A stretch of DNA of 64,000 nucleotides, taken from contig JBKSMS010000011.1 in assembly GCA_046881825.1 (NCBI GenBank), positions 8,604-72,603 on the forward strand, in the 5' to 3' direction. The stretch comes from Alphaproteobacteria bacterium. Its GTDB lineage: Bacteria > Pseudomonadota > Alphaproteobacteria > Rs-D84. Every line of letters begins with the position of its first letter. Positions within the stretch are counted from its first letter, which is position 1. Position numbers and translations under genes: made by a program. Shown here piece by piece: positions 57,337 through 64,000 of the stretch. Under the pieces are notes generated by a model. The model saw only the letters and a program-made list of their open reading frames with translations, ran no database searches and was not told the DNA's origin.

Positions 57337-58314
57337 TTAAAATTCGAAACGCAACCCGACAGTGAAATTAGAATAAATCATATTCTTGGCACTGAACCAT
57401 TCACGATGTTGCGAACCGTCAGTATTTACCAAATTCCAAGTAATTTTTGGAATATAAATAACGCGTGCGCCCAAATCAATGAAAGTATATTCTGAAATTC
57501 CATAAGATATACCTAATGCCACAATTCCAGCAACATTTTCAGAAGTTGGATATTTTGATTTATCCGAAGGTGGTGTAAACTGTATCACACCATCAGCATC
57601 TGGTGTCCCATAATTTTGCAAATCAGAATCTGTGGACAAATCGCCATAAATATCAGCCAATTTTAATGTAGTTTTTGATGTAGCATACCCGACACCCAAA
57701 CCAATATATGGAATAAAAGTATTCAATGATTTTCTTTTTCCATCAAAGAAATCATAATAAACCATCGCAGAAACAACATCCGTTGACACGGTAGATGTCG
57801 CGCCACCACTGGACACATGAACAACACCTTCGACATCGCCACCAGCCACAGTTAAATCGCCATCAAATAAAGGGATGCGATTATAATCTGTTTCGGCGAT
57901 ATGGTCATATGCCGCTTCAAGTCGCCAATTAGGATGATAAGGAAGCGTAAAACCGATATTAGCCCCCGCTGTAAAAGCCCACTTTGAAAAATTTTCTTTT
58001 GCCGGCAAAGTCGACAAATCGCCATAACCCGCAGACAAATAACCCGCGGGCGAACCCGCCGCTTCCCAAGCCATAGAAGATATAACATTCCCCGTATATT
58101 CATCCACATAATAATAGCCGTACAAATTCCCAATTTCATTGTGAATCTTTGCATTTGCCCAAGAAAGCCCACCGCGAAACCCGATAACGAACTTTGTGTT
58201 ATCTTCGGTATAATAACTGTCGTCAACATAATAACCATCATATTGCCAACCCGCAAACGCAGGCGCGACACATAAAATACTAAGCAGTGATAACAAAGAA
58301 TTTCTTAATCTCAT
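57337..58314 (-). CDS. Outer-membrane beta-barrel protein (porin-family/OMP_b-brl-like)
   Basis: Start MRLRNSLLSLLSILCVAPAFA. Alternating beta-strand pattern with the terminal ...VGLRFEF. Confidence 0.8.
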   Translation of the reverse strand: MRLRNSLLSLLSILCVAPAFAGWQYDGYYVDDSYYTEDNTKFVIGFRGGLSWANAKIHNEIGNLYGYYYVDEYTGNVISSMAWEAAGSPAGYLSAGYGDLSTLPAKENFSKWAFTAGANIGFTLPYHPNWRLEAAYDHIAETDYNRIPLFDGDLTVAGGDVEGVVHVSSGGATSTVSTDVVSAMVYYDFFDGKRKSLNTFIPYIGLGVGYATSKTTLKLADIYGDLSTDSDLQNYGTPDADGVIQFTPPSDKSKYPTSENVAGIVALGISYGISEYTFIDLGARVIYIPKITWNLVNTDGSQHREWFSAKNMIYSNFTVGLRFEF

Positions 58315-58353
58315 AACGCAGTAATTATACCACAAAAAAAATAACAAAGAAAA

Positions 58354-58381
58354 CAAAAAAATGCCCGAACGGGCATTTTTT
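58354..58381. terminator. Bidirectional intrinsic terminator
   Basis: A-run, ATGCCCG-AA-CGGGCAT, T-run. Confidence 0.65.
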
Positions 58382-58736
58382 ATTTCACGATAGAATTCAC
58401 ATCAATTTCTGTGTAATTAGTTCCCTTGTCGACATTACCGTAAACAGTCACAATATCATCAACACGAACCGTATTACCATTCCAGTCTTCTTCATCTATT
58501 TCCAACATAATGGTCCCAGAATCATCTTCGAAAACGAAGATATTGTTACCCATGTTCTTTGTAATGTATCCACGCATAACGACTGGTGTTTCATCAGGCA
58601 AAGTCATAACTTCGGTCACTGTCCACACAGCAGGTTGACTATTCATATTGCCCATATTCATAGCTTTCCCAGGTCCCGCGATTGCGCCACAAACAGGCAT
58701 TAACGCAGCCAAAGCCAATACAGATAATTTTTTCAT
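58380..58736 (-). CDS. YgiW/YdeI-family periplasmic OB-fold (BOF) protein, second copy
   Basis: Start MKKLSVLALAALMPVCGA behind AAGGAG. MRGYITKNMGNNIFVFEDDSGTIMLEIDEEDWNG...GNVDKG. Confidence 0.85.
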   Translation of the reverse strand: MKKLSVLALAALMPVCGAIAGPGKAMNMGNMNSQPAVWTVTEVMTLPDETPVVMRGYITKNMGNNIFVFEDDSGTIMLEIDEEDWNGNTVRVDDIVTVYGNVDKGTNYTEIDVNSIVK

Positions 58737-58829
58737 AATGTTGCTCCTTTTTAACACTTTGTTTTCCACAAGCACACTATATCAAAAAAGCAACCACAAA
58801 TAACTAGGAACGAAAGGAAAACCCCTTAT

Positions 58830-59105
58830 ACAAGACAAAAGGTCTTGTGTCATTGCGAAAGTTATCAAATGACGACAAGCGTGTGTTCGTCATTTGATAA
58901 CTTGTGGCAATCCAGGTCAATTATGTGTCTGGCAATGCCAGACCGCCTTTTTAATGGATAAAAAATAAGTCGGCTGATGCCGAACTCTATTTACTGGATT
59001 CCCACGCGGCGCGCAATAATAACAGCATGCTTGGTTATTATTGCGCTTGCTCGGAATGACAAAAGCCTTTTTTGCTTTTGTGGACGCGACCCGTTTGGGT
59101 CGCGT
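58830..59105. other. Hairpin-dense GC-enriched spacer (six or more stem-loops)
   Basis: Inverted repeats at 58830-58848, 58861-58901 (15-bp perfect arms), 58927-58943, 58970-58983, 58998-59057 (13-bp arms nested in ATTCC/GGAAT) and 59084-59105. Confidence 0.6.
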
Positions 59106-59106
59106 T

Positions 59107-59418
59107 TTAACAATTCAGATAATCATACATATCCACCCAATCTGGATTGTCTTTTTCTATTAATTCTATTTTTCTTTTGCGCGACCAAGATTTAATTTGT
59201 TTTTCACGCATTATTGCATATTCTGGATTTTCAAATACTTCTATACGAACTAATTTTTCAACATTGTATCGTGCGGTAAAACCGCCACTGTTCGCGTGGG
59301 TTTTATGCTCAAACGAACGACGCGCTATATCATTAGTCACACCGGTATATAATGCTCCATTTTTACCAGATGCCATTATATAAACATAGTATTTATATGG
59401 TTCATGATAGTATTTCAT
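59107..59418 (-). CDS. GIY-YIG nuclease-superfamily protein (UPF0213-like)
   Basis: YVYIMASGKNGALYTGVTNDIARRSFEHK (GIY...YTG) and a conserved downstream E. Confidence 0.85.
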   Translation of the reverse strand: MKYYHEPYKYYVYIMASGKNGALYTGVTNDIARRSFEHKTHANSGGFTARYNVEKLVRIEVFENPEYAIMREKQIKSWSRKRKIELIEKDNPDWVDMYDYLNC

Positions 59419-59460
59419 GAAGATTTTATTAATTTATATTAACAAATAATCAAGCACACA

Positions 59461-59491
59461 AAAAAAACCGCCCAAACGGGCGGTGTTTTTT
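59461..59491. terminator. Bidirectional intrinsic terminator
   Basis: A7-CCGCCC-AAAC-GGGCGG-TGTTTTTTT. Confidence 0.7.
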
Positions 59492-61950
59492 TACATTTGT
59501 ATATCTTCACAAGATTCTTGGACATCCGTTGTACAATTTTTCTTTTTGACTTTTGTCCCTTTGGCCACCAATTTTTCACAATTTTCAACACTAGTTGTTG
59601 TGCAAACATGACATATTCTGGTATCACGATTAAACACAGATGTTACTTCTTTAGTTCCATCAGTTACAAGGATTTTAGCTTTTGATCCTTCTGTATTTAT
59701 GCTGTTTCCAAGTCCTGTTCTGCTTCTTCCCCCGCTTGTAAGGGCATTCAAATCTAATCCTGTACCAACATCATAAGAAATGGCATAAGGAGTATTGAGA
59801 GGAGTTTGAGCATTATCAAGACCTGCGCCCCCCCCAGTTGGTAAAATCTGACACATATACTGTGCAACATCAACAGATGCAGATTCTGTTGCTTCTGCAA
59901 TCGCTTTTTCTAATTTCTTTTGGTAATTATCCTGTGCTTTGCGCAATGCAGACATCGCAATCGCCACACGATATTGATTCAACAAATTTGGAAAACGTGC
60001 CACTGTTGAATTTCTGTTGTTACCGCTACCATTAATTTGAGATAAATCACGACCGTTTATACAATATTGAACTTGTTGATCAGATTCAATCAAAGAAATG
60101 GTTCTGTTTATCGTCCCCGCTATATTGTTTAATTCCGATTCGATGTTGGATATTATGCTGTCCGCATTTGGAACAGATTTATTATGTTTCTTGACTTCTT
60201 TGACATAATCAGCAACACCAATTTCACCAGGCTTTAAAACTTTGCCACCATCTTTGACGGTCCCCATTGCATCACCGACCTTTATTTCCCCAAATGAAAT
60301 CATCCCGGTCACACGATAAACAGAACCGTCTTTTTGTGATTTCAAAGAATTTGTTCCCATATATTCATCTGCAGCAAAAGTATTACAATCTGTTGTTGAA
60401 CCACAGAATTCTGTCATTTTTTCTTCTGCTAACTTTACGCAATTATCCAATGCTTTGTTATCTATATTCAAATACAACCCCATCAACATTTCATCCAAAT
60501 CAGACATTTTGAAATTCGGGTTAGTCTGTTTACAAACAACCAATTTATCAACTGGACACATATCATGTATGTAATTGAAATCCATACCGATACAGTTCAT
60601 AAAATCTGGACCGCATCTATCTTCGGACGTAAAGCATTCTTTGACTTCTGCTGTGCACGCATCTACGCGCATAGCAGCCAATTTTGCAACCACATAATCC
60701 CAAATTTGTGGTTCCATACGTTCACATGGGTCAATTTGAATTTTACAAAACGAACGCGCCATATCTGGTCTTGATAAACACGCATCCATTGTCGCTGTTC
60801 CCTTGCCCACAATATCATCTTTACATGCTTTTTGAATACAATCTGAAATATCAGTCAAACAAGATTGACGTTTTTGTGATTCTATATTTTGTTCTGCCAA
60901 TCTGATTGTTGGTGCCGCTTCACGCAGGAAATCTGCCCATACATATTGACGCACAGCGACACACTTATCCAATACGCGTTCACAAATGAAACGTTTAGAT
61001 TCCAAAATTTCCATTGTTGACGCGGTTATATCATAAACATTTGTTGTATCAACTTTTGTCCCGGCAACACTGCTTGATTCATTATTCTGCATATTTTCAG
61101 ATGCGATAGTGAACACACAATTTTCCCAATTTGAACCACAGGCATCTTCACTTTTCATACACTTTTTATATTCAACCATACAAGTTCCGCGGTCATATTG
61201 ATTTGATTCTTCCAAAGAATCTTTCAATGCGCCACGCACCGCAGCACGCGCCTGATTCAATACCGCATCTGCTTCTGCTTTTTTTTGAGCAATACTGTTT
61301 GCCAACCCTTTGCAGTCCGAAACAATCTGACGAGAATACATTTGTGTTAACATCGTCATATCTTTTGAACAAGACGCTGGCATTTGCTTTTTACACAAAT
61401 CATTTGCAGAGTTATATAAATCACGTCCTACTTTGTCAGACAAATCTATATCTTCCCAATCGTCTTCTTCATCTTCTTCGCCATCACCGAACAACCAAGA
61501 CAAAGCATTAGTATTTATTGCTTCTTTCTTGGTTTCACCTGCCTTTACGACAGATCCATCAGCATTATAAATTCTTTCGCCACCATTAAAGATTATATCA
61601 GCATTCGCACCCGCTTGAATTTTTTCAACTTCTTCGGTACTGATACGTTCTGCTTCGGCCAAAGTTTTTTTAATAGCTTCTAATTGTTCATCGTATCTGG
61701 CGGCATCATCACTGCACATACAAGTTCCACCATTTTCATTATCAGCAATACAGAAAGCATCCATACATCCAAAATATTTATCATAACAATCTTGGTCATA
61801 TATACCAGTTGCTTCGACCTTAGCACGCACAGTTGTTCCCGCACGCAACGCAGACTGTTTTTTTGTTTTTGTCGCAGACCACGCATCAGTTGCACCGATA
61901 ACAACCGTCAACAACCCAAAAAACAAACCGACATTTAATATTTTTTTCAT
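59491..61950 (-). CDS. Giant secreted Cys-rich family protein (member 6, 819 aa, 36 Cys)
   Basis: Signal peptide MKKILNVGLFFGLLTVVIGATDAWS. CYDKYFGCMDAFCIADNENGGTCMCSD, CGSNWENC, CGPDFMNC, and the C-terminal ...CHVC...ESCEDIQM. Confidence 0.85.
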   Translation of the reverse strand: MKKILNVGLFFGLLTVVIGATDAWSATKTKKQSALRAGTTVRAKVEATGIYDQDCYDKYFGCMDAFCIADNENGGTCMCSDDAARYDEQLEAIKKTLAEAERISTEEVEKIQAGANADIIFNGGERIYNADGSVVKAGETKKEAINTNALSWLFGDGEEDEEDDWEDIDLSDKVGRDLYNSANDLCKKQMPASCSKDMTMLTQMYSRQIVSDCKGLANSIAQKKAEADAVLNQARAAVRGALKDSLEESNQYDRGTCMVEYKKCMKSEDACGSNWENCVFTIASENMQNNESSSVAGTKVDTTNVYDITASTMEILESKRFICERVLDKCVAVRQYVWADFLREAAPTIRLAEQNIESQKRQSCLTDISDCIQKACKDDIVGKGTATMDACLSRPDMARSFCKIQIDPCERMEPQIWDYVVAKLAAMRVDACTAEVKECFTSEDRCGPDFMNCIGMDFNYIHDMCPVDKLVVCKQTNPNFKMSDLDEMLMGLYLNIDNKALDNCVKLAEEKMTEFCGSTTDCNTFAADEYMGTNSLKSQKDGSVYRVTGMISFGEIKVGDAMGTVKDGGKVLKPGEIGVADYVKEVKKHNKSVPNADSIISNIESELNNIAGTINRTISLIESDQQVQYCINGRDLSQINGSGNNRNSTVARFPNLLNQYRVAIAMSALRKAQDNYQKKLEKAIAEATESASVDVAQYMCQILPTGGGAGLDNAQTPLNTPYAISYDVGTGLDLNALTSGGRSRTGLGNSINTEGSKAKILVTDGTKEVTSVFNRDTRICHVCTTTSVENCEKLVAKGTKVKKKNCTTDVQESCEDIQM
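59828..59835 (-). repeat. G8 homopolymer (coding strand) inside the CDS
   Basis: ccaactggggggggcgcaggt encodes PTGGGAG. The tract lies about 110 codons before the stop. Confidence 0.9.
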
Positions 61951-61966
61951 TTGCCTTCTCCACAGA

Positions 61967-64000
61967 TTACATATTTATATCTTCGCAAGATTCAATTTCT
62001 TGACAGAATTCTTGTTTACCGCCACTAAGTCCACCCCACACACCGGCACCAACTGCACCAATAATGCCACCAATCGCAGTTCCCCAACCTGCATTTATCA
62101 TAGTTCCCGCAGATGCCCCTCCAGATAAACCACCAGCCCCAGCTTTTAACGCAGCCGTTGCTTTTGATTCACCGCCTTCTTCACAAACCTGTTGCATACG
62201 GCAAACACGGCAATTACGCAAAGACGGTTCAAACGCAACACTTTTTATATACATATAATTGCTTTTTGATTTGCCGGGGGCTTCAACCTTGTATGTTGTT
62301 AAACAATTCTGTTTTGCAGTTTCCAAATCTTCGGTGCGACTAAGTTCTGCGATTTTCGATTCCATTTCGCGCAGATTGCGATTTTCCGCAGACATTTTTG
62401 CCAACATTTTTGCAGAATTAAACACATTTGTTCCCAACGCGTTTTTATCTTTGACTTTTTTATCCGCACTGGCATTTGTTTGTGAATCAGCACACGCTAC
62501 AACCGTTTTGTCTTTTTCAAATTGCACAAAGAATTCATCCACAGATTTATCCGAATCAGTAATAACCTTTGCGCGCAACGCATCCATTTCAGCATCTGTC
62601 TTTGGAGCCTTTGTAAACGCAGTCGCAGAAGCCACAACCGGCAAACAAGCCATATCAGTTCCGCAAACTTTGCTTAATTGTTCACCAAAATAATTCACAC
62701 AACCCGTCAGCATTTGATAATCCATTTGCAAAAGTGCTGATTGAACTATTATGTTATATTGCGTTGCCCCTTTGCATGATGGGAACATATCTTGCGGGCA
62801 AAGCGCAACGATTTCATACGGCTTTTTCCCGACACATTCAGCCTTTGTAAAATCAACACCACATTTGTCTTGCAAACATTTATCAACATCATTTTCACAG
62901 AATTTAGTTTTCAAATATCCCAATTTATCATTGACCACAGATTGCAAGCCTGGAATTTTTGCATCACATTCTGTGATAATAGGACAAATTCCTGCTGCAA
63001 CATTAACATCATTTAAACATTCTGATTTCGTAGCTGTAGAACAACTTTCTTCTAAACAGTTTTGAATTTTTGCTAAACAAGTTGCACGATAATTTTTATC
63101 GGCATATTTGTTTGCTTCTGCCAAAACATTTTTAGATTCAGCCGCCCAATCTTTTTCCACATCTTTGCGCACAGCCATACATTGATCCAAAATATTTTCA
63201 CATGCATTTGAACGACGTTTTAATAAATTTGCATCCAGACAGTTTTCAAAATTCGTTCCGCAACCGCCCTTGTCCGCAATACAAGAACGATAAGCCAACA
63301 AACATTCACCACGATTGTATTTGTTTGTTGTTGATAACATTTCAAGACGCGCCTTGCGCACAGCTGATTCAGCGATTCGTTTATTTGATTCAGCATTAGC
63401 CTTTTGTTCTTTTAAATACGAATCGTAATTTTTACAATCTTGGATAATCATACGCGAATAAAGCATAGATTCCATTTCCGCAGAATCTCCGCAAGCATTT
63501 AATTTTACCTGGCAATATTTCGAAGCCATTTTGTATAAATCATCGCCCAAAGTAACATCTTCACCAATATCTTCTTCGTCTTCGAATTCTTCTTCGTCAC
63601 CAACCAACCAAGTTAAAAAATTAATGCTAGAAATTTTTTTATTGCCAACATTTTCTTCGAACACCAATCTTGCCTTAGCCCCCAATTGTTCACGTTCGAC
63701 ACCTTCGGTATATAATTTATCTGCTTCTTCTTGGATAGCCAGCACAGCATTTATTTTATCTTTGGCAGAATTTATATTATCAGAACAAGCACAACGTTCG
63801 CCCTGACTTTCATCCAGCAAACAAAATTCATCCATACATTGACGATACGCATCACGGCAGTTTTGCGGTGTTTCTGATGATGTTGTTTCTGGTTCTTCCG
63901 CAACATCCACAGATTCTGTCTGTGTCTGAACGGTTTCATTATTTGTTTGCACCGTATTAGATGTAGTCGTCACAGTTGTATTTTTATTCGCAGGCACCGA
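61967..64000 (-). CDS. Giant secreted Cys-rich family protein (member 7; 5' end beyond the window)
   Basis: Collinear paralog of 59491-61950. CRDAYRQCMDEFCLLDESQGERCACSD, CGTNFENC, CGVDFTKAEC, a Gly zipper GWGTAIGGIIGAVGAGVWGGLSGG, and the ending ESCEDINM. The ORF is open to the window end. Confidence 0.85.
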   Translation of the reverse strand, partial: SVPANKNTTVTTTSNTVQTNNETVQTQTESVDVAEEPETTSSETPQNCRDAYRQCMDEFCLLDESQGERCACSDNINSAKDKINAVLAIQEEADKLYTEGVEREQLGAKARLVFEENVGNKKISSINFLTWLVGDEEEFEDEEDIGEDVTLGDDLYKMASKYCQVKLNACGDSAEMESMLYSRMIIQDCKNYDSYLKEQKANAESNKRIAESAVRKARLEMLSTTNKYNRGECLLAYRSCIADKGGCGTNFENCLDANLLKRRSNACENILDQCMAVRKDVEKDWAAESKNVLAEANKYADKNYRATCLAKIQNCLEESCSTATKSECLNDVNVAAGICPIITECDAKIPGLQSVVNDKLGYLKTKFCENDVDKCLQDKCGVDFTKAECVGKKPYEIVALCPQDMFPSCKGATQYNIIVQSALLQMDYQMLTGCVNYFGEQLSKVCGTDMACLPVVASATAFTKAPKTDAEMDALRAKVITDSDKSVDEFFVQFEKDKTVVACADSQTNASADKKVKDKNALGTNVFNSAKMLAKMSAENRNLREMESKIAELSRTEDLETAKQNCLTTYKVEAPGKSKSNYMYIKSVAFEPSLRNCRVCRMQQVCEEGGESKATAALKAGAGGLSGGASAGTMINAGWGTAIGGIIGAVGAGVWGGLSGGKQEFCQEIESCEDINM

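Noticed and set aside
58905-58945. A possible SRP (4.5S) RNA, because of a CCAGGTCA-like string.
   Set aside because: The conserved GGAAGCAGCC-type domain IV motif and the symmetric loop context are absent.

Overview
This 64-kb chromosomal window comes from an AT-rich diderm bacterium. The diderm call rests on lptC/lptB, bamE, OmpA-type proteins and two autotransporters. Gene content (carD/cdnL, rpsF-rpsR-rplI, groESL behind an RpoH-like promoter, PFOR, a secreted choloylglycine-hydrolase homolog) suggests an anaerobic, host or gut associated proteobacterium, possibly an alphaproteobacterium; that is inference only.

About 60 genes are supported. Housekeeping genes are polA (3' part), recO, ppiD-like, tpiA, grpE, rplI/rpsR/rpsF, rho, lptC, lptB, eno, prmC, ftsH, tilS, groES/groEL, ssb, carD, bamE, nifJ-type PFOR and ctpA, plus two M23 peptidases and one tRNA-Gln(CUG). 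GC-rich bidirectional intrinsic terminators punctuate the window. I saw no rRNA, CRISPR array, transposase, integrase or recognisable defence gene.

The most unusual content is a dispersed family of secreted, extremely cysteine-rich proteins that I cannot assign to any known domain family.
- Members lie at 12.3-15.7 kb, 20.7-21.6 kb and 59.5-64.0 kb.
- Possibly related small glycine-zipper proteins lie at 0.9-2.3 kb.
- The family shares a C-x6-C-[ML]-x3-C N-terminal signature, recurring CG-x2-[FYW]-x2-C units, glycine-zipper segments and, in the two giant paralogs, an identical 36-Cys pattern and an ESCEDI[QN]M C-terminus.
- One member sits at the end of a co-directional cluster with an orphan MotA/ExbB-MotB/OmpA stator-like pair and a GH108-type peptidoglycan hydrolase. 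This could be a proton-motive-force driven envelope system.

Other points of interest:
- An overlapped Rz/Rz1-like gene pair.
- tRNA-Gln 3'-end duplications and repeat-delimited single-gene modules at 44.4-46.2 kb.
- A divergent ClpP-like gene with a small partner.
- An ankyrin-containing autotransporter.
- Poly-C/G tracts inside two family members.
- A hairpin-dense GC-rich spacer next to a GIY-YIG gene.
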